From Trueperaceae bacterium (GTDB lineage: Bacteria; Deinococcota; Deinococci; Deinococcales; Trueperaceae), in assembly GCA_965213925.1 (NCBI GenBank), contig CBDCAM010000001.1:63738-127737 (forward strand): a stretch of DNA of 64,000 bases, given 5' to 3'. Positions 30,822 to 40,225 of the stretch are shown piece after piece; the stretch's first letter is position 1; each line of letters starts with the position of its first letter. A model generated the notes under the pieces. That model was not told where the DNA came from. It saw only the letters and a list, made by a program, of their open reading frames with translations, and ran no database searches. The position numbers were made by a program, and so were the translations under genes.

Positions 30822-31334
30822 GCTCGAGCAGTAAACGCCGCGGCTTGAAGCCAACTCGGCTAGCCTTGCCCATGGAGCAAAAGTCCTGCCAGGCCGACGC
30901 ACGTGGAATGGCAAGGCCGACTCTTAAGGAGCGGAGAAAAGCCTTTATTAAGCCAAAATGAAGACCACGGCGGCCTACAGCGAAGAGGGTTTTAGGCCGG
31001 AAGGGTCCGGGCCGTGGGGTTTTGAACTCCCTTTTCCTTACCATTTAGGGTTGGGCGGTGTTTTCTCTCATAATTGAAATTTGTGCGTCTAGCAAACAAC
31101 CATTTAGGGTTTTAGGAAACCGTTTCTCATTCACCTTTAATAATCTTACCATTTGGGGTTCTCGCGTCTGAGACAGTGATACCCCAAATGGTGTGCGAAT
31201 AGTGTACGTAAGTTCTTTTCTACCATTTGGGGTTGGGGCGGGCTCAGCGGGCGCCCTCTTCAAGCCCACTCCCACCGATTCCATACAACAAAAACGCCGG
31301 GTTGCTTTATGAAAAAACTGAGAGAGATTTGAGC
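30822..31334. repeat. Duplicated non-coding module, copy 1 (five ACCATTTRKGGT boxes)
   Basis: Aligns with 31888-32402 at offset 1066-1068. Boxes at 31040, 31099, 31148, 31181 (inverted) and 31222. Confidence 0.88.
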
Positions 31335-31887
31335 ATGGCGAGTATTTCTTGCGCCTCCACCATCCGGGGGTAGATAGGTACGACGAGGCGGGGGTAGCGC
31401 GTTATTTCGGGGTAGTGTGACGTCGAGACTCGTAAGACGCGTCTTCGAACTGTCACGCCCCACTGCCTTGCCTTACACTGCTTCTATGCCCGTAGAACGC
31501 GCCGCCATGACGTCACCCTTTCCCGAGGGCTTCCAGGGGACCTGGGACGCGTTTCCCGGTCTAGCGGATAAGCCCCGGCTCCTCCTGGGCTACCGCCTGA
31601 CCTGGAAGGATGCACAAGCAACGCGTAAGGGGAGCCCGCTTTTTTATCCTGTAAAGTCTTGAGCTTGTGCGTCCTCTAGTAGCTGGCGACAAACGTCGTG
31701 ATGGGTTCTGAAACGGACACCGAAAGTTTCTGCTGCCTCATACTACAGAGCACACCACGGATTCGGAGCCGCCTTCCGGGGTTCTCCCGAGTTCCGTTGC
31801 GCCTGTGCGGGAGCCGGGGCCGCGAGGAAAGACGCCCCAAAGGTCCGCGATAGGGAGTGCGGGCGCGGCCGTTAAGGCCGAGGTGGT

Positions 31888-32402
31888 GCTCGAGCCGTAG
31901 ACGCTAGGGCCTAAAGTCGGCTTGGCCAACCTCGTTCACGGGGCACAAGCCTTGGAACCGGACCACCACGCTAACGACATCAAATCCTGTTCGTATATGG
32001 CGGGGAAAGCATTTATTAAGCCTAGATGAAGAGTCTTGTGGCCCACTATGAAAAGAGTTCCAAAGCCGTAAAGGCCTAAATCTGAGCTTTTCGGCTCTCT
32101 TTTCCTTACCATTTGGGGTTGGGCGGTGTTTCCTCTCATAATCAGAGTTTGCGCGTCCAGCAAACAACCATTTGTGGTTTTAGGAAACTCCCTTTCATCT
32201 CTTTTTAATAATCTTACCATTTGTGGTTCTAGCGTCTGGGACGGTGATACCACAAATGGTCTGGGCATAGTGTACATAAGTTCTTTTCTACCATTTGGGG
32301 TTGAGGGGGTCCTCGGGGTCCGGCCGAGCCTCGAGGGAAGGCCGAGCCCTCAGGAGAAAAAACGCCGGGTTGTTTTATGAGTTTTCTGAGGGGGGCTCGA
32401 GC
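31888..32402. repeat. Duplicated non-coding module, copy 2
   Basis: Boxes at 32108, 32167, 32216, 32249 (inverted) and 32290, with the same spacing as copy 1. Confidence 0.88.
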
Positions 32403-32557
32403 TTCTCGGGGGCAGGGAAGGAGGGGTCAAGGCGGGCTGAAACGAACCCGGGGTGCTGGTGGCGGGGGCCTATAAAAGATTGGGTGGCCAGGGAGCTCGG
32501 GGCGAGGCGAAGGCGAAAGCGCCCGTGCGGGCGCAGGGGCTAGGGAAAGGAGATCTT

Positions 32558-32827
32558 ATGTACGCCAAAAGATGGAAGCTCGGGGAACGTCGGCCATTCG
32601 TCCACCTCGCCGCGGCCTCGGGGAGGGAAGAGCGTTACTGCGTTCAGCTGGTCTGGTCGCCGGGCTTAGGGCTGAGGCTCAAGGACGCGCCCTGGGGCAA
32701 GGAGGAGCTGGAGGAGCTCGCGGGCGAGATAGAGAGGGCCGGGATCATCAATATAGAGCGCTGGGAAAAGTTCTTCTTGGGGAACCCGCGCGACAAAAAG
32801 CGGTTCAGCGTGACCTTCTCGGACTAG
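32558..32827 (+). CDS. Hypothetical protein (89 aa)
   Basis: AAAGGAG RBS 6 nt before the ATG; backbone-like codon usage; stop lies 7 bp before the octamer array. Confidence 0.6.
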   Translation: MYAKRWKLGERRPFVHLAAASGREERYCVQLVWSPGLGLRLKDAPWGKEELEELAGEIERAGIINIERWEKFFLGNPRDKKRFSVTFSD

Positions 32828-32834
32828 GCAAGGA

Positions 32835-33346
32835 TGTACTGATGCGGGGGTGTGAGAGTGCGCTTTTGTGAAAGTGCGTCCTTGCGCCCCTGTGGAACCG
32901 CATTGTTGTAAGGATGCGTTGATGCGCTGCTGTTTAGGTGTGACGTTGCGCGAGTGCGTTGATGCGTGAGTGCATTGATGCGCGAGTGCGTTGATGCGTT
33001 GTTGTGCGAGCATGACATTGTACGAATGCGTTGTTGCGCAAGTGCGTTGATGCGTTGCTGTATGAGCGTGACACTGTGCGAATGCGTTGTTGTGCCGATG
33101 CGATGATGCGCTTCTGTGACACTGAGGTGTTGGGCTGCTGTGGCGCTGGGGTGCGGAGTTGTTGCGCAGATGCGTTAGTGCGGGGTTGCGTTAGTGTGTT
33201 GCTGCAGCACTGTGGTGCTGTGGATTTTTATCGCTGCGGCGCTGTGGTGCTGTAGAGATGTGCTACTGCAAAGTTGTGGTCCTGTACTTATGTGGGACTA
33301 TGGTGGCGCGGTGATGTGCTGATGTAGAGCTGTGTTCATGTGCGGA
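32835..33346 (+). repeat. Phased array of 64 degenerate octamers (TGYR-NNNN), centromere-like
   Basis: Read in 8-bp register, 57 of 64 units begin with TG and there is no indel over 512 bp. The array ends 25 bp before a parA-like start. Confidence 0.92.
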
Positions 33347-33371
33347 GGGCCGGGAAGAGAGGTCGAGCGAA

Positions 33372-33880
33372 GTGAAGATCATCGCGGTGGTGAGCGGCAA
33401 GGGCGGCGTCGGGAAGACAACCCTGAGCGTTACGCTGGCGGACTACTTCGCGCGTTTCGAGGGAGAGAAGACTGTGCTCGTCAATACCGACCCCCAGAAA
33501 TTGACGGACGCCTGGGTCGCGGGCGGCGAGGGCGGCGAGTTCGGCTTCGAGCTCGACACGACCGCGGACAGCTGTAAACCGGCTCGTCAAGTGCTTGCCG
33601 GAACTCGCCGCGAACGGCTACCAGACCATCATCGTCGACACCAGCCCGCGGCGGGAGTCAAACCTTTTCGCCGCGGTCACCAACGTGGCCGACTTCATTG
33701 TGGTCCCCTCGGGCCAGGGGGAGCTCGACCTCGACTCGGTGATAGCCACCATCGGCGAGGTGGTCCGGCCCTCGGGGCAACCCTTCGGGGTGGTTTTGAC
33801 CAACGTGAGGCTCGAGCAGAAGTGGTAGGAAGACGCGAAGAACATCCCATCGAGACTCCTTGAGAATCACGCCTTCTAGG
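33372..33880 (+). pseudogene. Second ParA-family ATPase (short ParF/type Ib-like), frameshifted and truncated
   Basis: SGKGGVGKTT and TDPQ; frameshift at ~33571 into YQTIIVDTSP...ADFIVVP...DL; TAG at 33826-33828. Confidence 0.85.
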
Positions 33881-34229
33881 GCAAATTTCCCTTCGACGCC
33901 GACGACAGCCCTTCCAACGCCTCCTTTGGCAGCTCGAGCATCTCGCTCACGCTCATCCCTAAGGCGTCGGCTATCTTGAGCAGCGTCGCCAGCGTGGGGT
34001 CGCTCTTGCCCTGCTCGACGAAGCCCAGGTGCGCCCGGTGCAGGTGCGCCCTGGCCGCCAGCTCGTCCTGGTTCAAGCCCCGCTCTTTACGCAAACGTTT
34101 AAGGCGCTCGGCCACCAGCGCCCGGTAGGCCGCCTCCCTCATCTTGAGCCTCTCCCTGACCGGGTCCGCACGCTTCTCGGACCCCCCGGCTTCCCCCCGC
34201 TCTCCTTTCGTCTCGTCACGCTCCGCCAT
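33876..34229 (-). CDS. XRE family HTH regulator
   Basis: LKRLRKERGLNQDELA...VEQG..DPTL.TLLKIADAL. Confidence 0.9.
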   Translation of the reverse strand: MAERDETKGERGEAGGSEKRADPVRERLKMREAAYRALVAERLKRLRKERGLNQDELAARAHLHRAHLGFVEQGKSDPTLATLLKIADALGMSVSEMLELPKEALEGLSSASKGNLP

Positions 34230-34258
34230 CTCTTCATCATGGCGTTGTGCTATAAAGA

Positions 34259-35113
34259 GTGCGACTAGTAAAAACTAGTTTCGTTTTGGCGAATCGAGAT
34301 GAGATGAGAAAGATGAGAAAGAAAGGGCAGGGTCGGCCGGATGACCCGCGTGGGCTGAGGGATGTGATGAGGGGGCTCGAGGGCGCCGGGGCGGACGGGG
34401 GAGAGGAACGCGGCAGGGGAGAGGGCGCCGTGCTCGCGCGGGCGCTGGCGGAGCTCGCGCGGGCGGGCGAGGGCGAAGGCTGGCGCTCGGCGGGCGAGGC
34501 GCGGGTCCCCTGGCGCGAGCGGCTGCGCGAGCTTCTGGGCGAGGCGGGCGTGGGGCTCGAGCCCGAGCGGGAGGCGGCGGGACTGCGCGAGGCGCTGGTC
34601 GCGCGCTGGGGAAGCCTCGAGGGGGAGGACCAAAGGGCGGCGGCCAGGCTCTGGTGGTACGCGCTGCTCAGGCTAAGGGCGGGGGCGTACGCGGATAAGA
34701 CCCCCCTGCCCGAGCGGGTGCGGGAGGAGGCGCTGGGGCTGGCGTTGGGCTCAGGAACTTTAAGGGACGCTTCCGGACCCGAGGTGCTGGGCGACCCCGG
34801 CCGCGGCCCCTTCTGTCACGGCTGGGTAAAGCTGGGCGAGCGGCTCGAGGAGGCGTACTTAGAGCTCAGCCTCATCAAACTCGACCCCGCTTTCAAGACC
34901 TTCCGCCATCCCTTGGACGAGCCCGCGCTGGGCTGGGCCGGACGGGGGCTGCTTGCTTACCTCGAGCGCCGAGAGGTCCCCGTGGCCGCGCGCGAGCTCG
35001 TCGCCGCGGGTGCGGAAGACGGAGGCACGCTGCGGCTGCTGCGGCGGCTTTACGCCGAAGGTTGGCTGCGCGCGCGTGCGCAGGGCATGGCGGCGCCTGG
35101 GCTCGAGGTCTAG
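34259..35113 (+). CDS. Uncharacterised RLWWY-motif protein, paralogue 1 (true start may be ATG ~34303-34312)
   Basis: Shares ALVARWG...RAAARLWWY and a wHTH-like C-terminus with two downstream ORFs. Confidence 0.75.
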   Translation: MRLVKTSFVLANRDEMRKMRKKGQGRPDDPRGLRDVMRGLEGAGADGGEERGRGEGAVLARALAELARAGEGEGWRSAGEARVPWRERLRELLGEAGVGLEPEREAAGLREALVARWGSLEGEDQRAAARLWWYALLRLRAGAYADKTPLPERVREEALGLALGSGTLRDASGPEVLGDPGRGPFCHGWVKLGERLEEAYLELSLIKLDPAFKTFRHPLDEPALGWAGRGLLAYLERREVPVAARELVAAGAEDGGTLRLLRRLYAEGWLRARAQGMAAPGLEV

Positions 35114-35118
35114 CGGAC

Positions 35119-35907
35119 ATGTTCCGGCGGGTGCTGGGTAGGCGAAAAAAGAGGGTAGAGCGCGAGGCGAGCGAGCGGGACATAGGAGACAGAGGAGAGG
35201 TGGCTGTGGGTGAGGCGGAGGAGAGCGTGACGGAGGAAAAGGTAAACGAACTGGGGGCGGCTGTGGGCGAGCGACCTCTCGAGGAGGGTCGGGTAGGCGA
35301 GGCGCGGGTCCTGCCCGACGAGGCGGCGGAGGCTCTTTCGGTGAGTCCTTCGGGCCTGCGGCGCTACGCGGCGGACTACGAGGCGGCGTTCGACGAGCTG
35401 CCGCGGTATGAGGGGCGGCGGGTGTTCAGCACAGAAGCGCTCGAGCGCTTGAGAGCCGCCCAGGCGCTGCTGCGCGCCAAGCAAGCACCAAGCCTCAAGC
35501 AGGCCTTGCTCAGGGTGAAAGACGAGCCGGGGCTGGTGACGGCGGCGGGCACGGCGGAAGCGGAGGGCGAGGCGAGCGCGCCGGAGGACGCGGACATGGC
35601 CGGTGCTATAAGCGAGACGGAAGGCCCGAGCATGGCGGACGCTTATGGCGGAGCGGAAGCCCCGGCCCAGCAGGTCGGCCCCTCGTCCGAGACGCGACTC
35701 GAGCCAGACGACACGGGAGCGAAGGAGGTGCCAGCAGGGAGCCTGCAGGTCACGCTGCACCTCACTAAGGGCGGCTGGCGGCTCGTGGCCGAGGGCGGAG
35801 CGGGCGAGGGCGAGAGGCTCCTGGCGCTCCTCGAGCCACTCGTGCGCGCGGCGGGCGTGGCCCGGAGCGACGGAAGCGAAGGTGGCTGTGAGGGGGAGGT
35901 CTTATGA
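35119..35907 (+). CDS. Protein with MerR-like HTH
   Basis: EAAEALSVSPSGLRRYA..YE..F..LP...GRRVFS.EALERL; acidic linker. Confidence 0.7.
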   Translation: MFRRVLGRRKKRVEREASERDIGDRGEVAVGEAEESVTEEKVNELGAAVGERPLEEGRVGEARVLPDEAAEALSVSPSGLRRYAADYEAAFDELPRYEGRRVFSTEALERLRAAQALLRAKQAPSLKQALLRVKDEPGLVTAAGTAEAEGEASAPEDADMAGAISETEGPSMADAYGGAEAPAQQVGPSSETRLEPDDTGAKEVPAGSLQVTLHLTKGGWRLVAEGGAGEGERLLALLEPLVRAAGVARSDGSEGGCEGEVL

Positions 35908-36527
35908 GCCGCGACCCGGAAACGGCCCGCGCGCCGAGGCGAACGTGAGGCTCGAGGACGGGCTGGTCCGGCTTAGCACCGAGGAAAAGGAGAAATTTGC
36001 GCTCATGTGCGCGCTCCTGGGCCGCGGGACTCGCGAGGTCGAGCTCAGCGTGCAGAATTTGGAGGAGGCACTCGTGGCGCGTTACGGAGCCGCGCGAAGC
36101 GGATGCGCCCAGGAGCGTGCTGAGGCTCTGGTGGTACGGGCTGGTGCGCGCCAGCGGACCTCTGCGCGCCGCGCCTCATGACGATGCGGCGCGGGCCGCG
36201 TCGCTCCTCTTCCTGGGACACCTCAACGCCCACGCGGGCGCGGGGGGCTGGCGGGTCTTGAGCAAAGGTCTCGAGTTCGCGGGCGTCGAACTCAGTCACG
36301 CGCGGCTCACCGAGGCGGGCAAGCGGGCGCTCGTGAAGTCCGACCTCGCGCCGCGGGAGCGGGCGCTGCTGGACGTCCTGGGGCACAAGCGACGGGTGCC
36401 GGTGCTCGAGTTCATAGACGGGGAGGACGACCCTATCGCGACGCTGCTCACGCTGCGGCGGCGCGAGGCTCAAGGCCATATAGAGCTCTCCGGCGACGCC
36501 TTCGTGGCGCTCGGCCTGGCGCTTTAG
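35904..36527 (+). pseudogene. RLWWY-motif protein, paralogue 2, frameshifted at ~36086 (and probably near the 5' end)
   Basis: LEEALVARY lies in one frame and EPREADAPRSVLRLWWY...GDAFVALGLAL in the next. Confidence 0.72.
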
Positions 36528-36545
36528 GGGCGCCCGCCTGTGCGG

Positions 36546-36845
36546 CTACTCCTTTGTGGACCTGAACACCCGCCTCTGGTCCCGCTCGAGCGAATCCTCC
36601 AGCTCCTCCTCGCTCGGCTCGCGGGTCAGCTCTTCAAGATGTGCCCCCAACGCCTCCGCGAGCTTTAGCAGGGTGTCGAGCGTCGGGTTGAACGCGCCGC
36701 GCCCCCCCTCGAACTCCTGGTAGCGCCGCAGCGATAACCCAGAACGTTCTGCCACGTCGTCCTGCCGCAGGTTCCGCTCGAGCCGCAGCCTCCGCAGCCG
36801 CCAGCGGACTACGCGCTTGTAGGCGGCGTGAGCTTCATTGGGCAC
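36546..36845 (-). CDS. XRE family HTH regulator
   Basis: LRRLRLERNLRQDDVAERSGLS.R.YQ.FE.G...NPTL.TLLKLAEALG. Confidence 0.9.
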   Translation of the reverse strand: MPNEAHAAYKRVVRWRLRRLRLERNLRQDDVAERSGLSLRRYQEFEGGRGAFNPTLDTLLKLAEALGAHLEELTREPSEEELEDSLERDQRRVFRSTKE

Positions 36846-37219
36846 CCGCCCATCATGGCGAGCCCCCCTTCAACTTTGTACGCCCATATAGTGCGTGTTA
36901 GTATAGAGACAGGTCTGAACTTCGTGGAGGTGAGATGGGACATGGTGTGAAGGCGTTGAGAAAACGGGCTATGGAGTCTGAAGCGTGAGCCGGAAAGTTG
37001 AGGGCGGCGAGAGAGCAAGCCCCGCAAGGGGCGCTCGCAAGAGATTGGCGGTCAACGAAAGGATGAAGGCGTGGGTCGAGCGTGAGCCGTGCCCGGACCG
37101 GCTGCGTTTTCTTTTGGGTCCGGGCGAGGTGGGAGGTGCGGACGGGGCGTTCGACGCCGAGGGGGAGATGCAGGCGGAGCGGCCCGCCAAGGTGGCGGAG
37201 GAACGGACGGGGGCAGGGG

Positions 37220-37963
37220 GTGAGTAGGCGCTTGGGGCGAAACGAGGAGCTTGACACCGGCGCGTCCCGCGGCAGGCGGGTCGGCCAGCTCGGGTGGCGC
37301 TCGCTCTTGCTTACGCTGCTTTTCCCTCTGGCGGCTTACGGCCAGCCCGTCGACTTCGCCGCCGCCTTTAGCCCCTGGCCCCCGCCCGGCTGGCCCGGAG
37401 GGGCGTCCGCCGAGGTGCGCGTGACCGCCCTCGGTGAGGGGGAGGAGCTGGTCGAGTTCGCCCGCTTCCCCGTCACGGAGGGCCGGGTGCATTTCGTGCT
37501 CGAGCCTGCTACGCCCCGCGCGCTGGAAGGCCTGCTCGCGCCGTTCGACCCGGCGGCTTACGCTCTGTGCGACGCCGCGCTGCCCGTGGTCAGCCCGGGA
37601 GACGCCCGCGTCGCTTACGCGCTGCCCCTGCTCTACGCCGACGGCGAGCCCTGGGGCATCGTCACCAGCGAAGGCGAGAGGAGCACCGGCTTTCTCTCCT
37701 TCGAGCTGACGAGCTTCGGGGGCATCCTCTACGCCGAGCGCGAGGCGCGCGTGGCCGGGGGCGGGAGCTGCCCGGCGGAAGGGGGCTCGGAGGAGGTGCG
37801 CTACGCGCTCGAGCTCCGGGGGGGACCCAACTTGACCGTCGCCACGGCCAGCGCGGGCCTGTCAGGCGTGACGACAATCGTCACGACCGAGCCGCTCCTC
37901 GAAGGACCCCTGGGGGTCCTACCAGGAACGCGGGAGCAGCTTGTCGAGGCCCTCGGGTTCTGA
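37220..37963 (+). CDS. Secreted hypothetical protein
   Basis: Signal-like WRSLLLTLLFPLAAYG followed by a beta-rich body; start uncertain. Confidence 0.6.
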   Translation: MSRRLGRNEELDTGASRGRRVGQLGWRSLLLTLLFPLAAYGQPVDFAAAFSPWPPPGWPGGASAEVRVTALGEGEELVEFARFPVTEGRVHFVLEPATPRALEGLLAPFDPAAYALCDAALPVVSPGDARVAYALPLLYADGEPWGIVTSEGERSTGFLSFELTSFGGILYAEREARVAGGGSCPAEGGSEEVRYALELRGGPNLTVATASAGLSGVTTIVTTEPLLEGPLGVLPGTREQLVEALGF

Positions 37964-38366
37964 GCCGTGGGCGGCGCTCGTGTGAAGGGGGACGGCTATG
38001 GGGACAGCTAGAGTGGGCCGGGGCCGGGGCGGTCGGGGAGCATTTCTCACCCGCGCTCCCTGGGCTCGCCTTCTGGGGAAAGGGGCGCGAGCGTGCTCGA
38101 GCTGAGCGGGACGCCCGACCGGGCGCGGGTGCTGGGCGGCACCCTCGACGAGGCGGAGCGGCGCGTGTTGCGGCTCTTTCTGGGGGCCGCGCTCGCCGGG
38201 CTGAGCGAAAGCTTGCGGGAGGGGCTGGAGGACGCCCTGCGGCGGGGGGCGCTGTGAGTCACGGCCCCTGCGCCCGTGGCGCCGTCGTCTTGCCGGCGCG
38301 CCGCCCTTCTCGGGTTGACGCCCCACAGGTTCACAGGTTGCCGGAAAAGAGAAGAAAGGAAGGAGC

Positions 38367-39460
38367 ATGATGCAGAAGTCGAGCAAGAGAGTGGTCGTCG
38401 GGGAGCATACCCGTCCCCCCGAGGTAGCGGGTAACGAAGCCTATGCCAGGAGGGCATTCGCTATGTCCGCCCTCCTCGCGCTCTGCTTCTTGTTGAGCGC
38501 GTCCCGAGCGCCGCACCCGTCACCCCAGACGCCGACACCGGCTCCCTGCAGGTGACGGTCCTGGGGCTGCCGGAGGACGCCGAGGCCAACGTCACCGTCA
38601 CCGGCCCTGACGACTACCAAGAAGAGGTGGAGAGGAGCAGGACGCTCACCGGCCTCCCCACAGGGCGCTACACCGTCACCGTCGGCAGCGTGGTGTTTGC
38701 AGGCGAGACCTTCCCCGGCTCTCTACCCGGCAGCCGCGCGATGCGAGAGTTAGACGTGACCCGGCAGGCGGTGAGCGAGGTGGCGGTGTCTTATGCCTCG
38801 GTGGGCGTCGTCGGGGCGGGCGAGATCGCCCCCGGCGTGACCCGCAGCGGCACGCTCTCGGTGGGCGCTTTTCACGAGTACACCTTCGGGGGCGTAGAGG
38901 GCGTGCCCTTAGCCTTTGACTTTGAAGGAACAAGAGAAGGCGCCGCCGCCACCTACCTGGTAAGCATCTACGCTGGCGACCCACAGACGCCCTTGTACAG
39001 CCAACGCTTCGGCACCCTCAACGCCGACCCCATCGTCGGCTTTACCCCGCCCTCGAGTGGTGGCTACGTCTTGCGCATTAGCACCGAGCGGGGCGAGCTC
39101 AACTACACCGTCACCGCGAGCTACTTGAGCGGCACGCCCGAGGAGCGAGGGACGCTTACGCGCTTGGAAGCGGGCGAGCTCGTCCGGGGGGCGGTGACGG
39201 CGGACTCAATCGACTCCTATCTCTTTAGCGCAGCGGCGAACGAAATGGTGACTTTCGTGTTCGACTACGAGGAAGGCGGCGGCATCTACGACGTGGAGAT
39301 TCTTAGCGCCGCGGGGGGTGAGGCGCTCTACAGCGAGCGCTACGGCACCGCCCTCCTTCCGCCCGAGATCGCCTTCACCCCGCCCGAGACGGGTGACTAC
39401 CTCCTGCGGGTGAGGGGCGTGGACAAGGTTATCCGCTACAGCTTAGTGCTGCGGAAGTAG
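38367..39460 (+). pseudogene. Surface/lipoprotein with PPC-like beta-sandwich repeats; signal peptide out of frame (~38500)
   Basis: GSLQVTVLGLP..A.V.VTGP and two FTPP..G.Y.LR repeats. The signal LLALCFLLSA is in another frame. Confidence 0.6.
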
Positions 39461-39523
39461 GGGTATGGGTAATTCGTATCAGACCCTTCCGCCGCATCAA
39501 CAAGGTTACTGGAGGCGCCACAC

Positions 39524-40183
39524 ATGACCCCACCCAACTCTTCCGGTTTAACAAAAGGCATGGCGGAGGTAGATGAAAAGCAGCTGGCGCTAATGAACGC
39601 GCTGCTCACCCTGCTGGCCCCAAGGACCAACGTCTCGCTCGAGGCGGAGATAAAAGGAATGGAGGAAATGCTCTTGACGCGTTATGGGGCACTCGAGGCG
39701 GATGATTACAGCGACGTTCACCGCTACCGCGCCGCCGTGCGCCTCTGGTGGTACGCCTTTAGCGGCGCGGGCGGCGCGCCGGGCGCTGTACCCGAGTCCG
39801 AGGTGGTCAGGGCCGAGGCCGTAAAGTTTTTAGACGGTGTCGGCGACTACCTGGGCCAACACGACGCGGGAAGCTGGACGGGCTTGAGCCGGGCGCTCCG
39901 GCTCGCCTGGATCGAACGCGGTCAAGCGAAGTTCAACGCTGGCAACCCCGGTGCGCAGTGGCAGTCGTATCTGGAGGACCCCGAGCTCGACTGGGGGGAG
40001 CGGGGGCTGCTGGCCTTTTTGGAGTACCACAAGGGGCGAATGGTGGCGGCGCGCGAACTCGTAGACCGGAACCGGGAAGGTAAGTTCAAGATCCTCACGC
40101 TGCGGGCGCTCAAGGGACTCAACGAAAGAGGTTACGTGGGTCTTTTCGGCGACGCGTCCTTTGCTTTGGGCTTAAAGCTCTAG
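39524..40183 (+). CDS. RLWWY-motif protein, paralogue 3 (intact)
   Basis: GGAGG RBS; LLTRYG...RAAVRLWWY...ERGLLAFLE...VAARELV...GDASFALGLKL. Confidence 0.8.
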   Translation: MTPPNSSGLTKGMAEVDEKQLALMNALLTLLAPRTNVSLEAEIKGMEEMLLTRYGALEADDYSDVHRYRAAVRLWWYAFSGAGGAPGAVPESEVVRAEAVKFLDGVGDYLGQHDAGSWTGLSRALRLAWIERGQAKFNAGNPGAQWQSYLEDPELDWGERGLLAFLEYHKGRMVAARELVDRNREGKFKILTLRALKGLNERGYVGLFGDASFALGLKL

Positions 40184-40225
40184 CCGGGGGTCGAGAGGCT
40201 GCTGAGGCCAGCAGAGGGGAAGCGA

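Noticed and set aside
30742..32277. Minus-strand ORFs with PQMVR repeats (30742-31044, 31045-31284, 31936-32277)
   Set aside because: The frame is not conserved between the two copies and there is no clear RBS; they are translations of the DNA boxes.
31040..32302. ACCATTTRKGGT boxes as CRISPR repeats
   Set aside because: The boxes are only ~12 bp, irregularly spaced, one is inverted, and the spacers are themselves duplicated.
32666..33255. Low-complexity ORFs (QQRINA/NASTH repeats) over the octamer array
   Set aside because: The 8-bp period is not a codon multiple and similar peptides appear in several frames, so they are by-products of the DNA repeat.
32835..33346. Octamer array as a CRISPR array or simple microsatellite
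   Set aside because: There is no 23-50-bp repeat/spacer structure and no cas genes. The units are too variable for a recent slippage tract.
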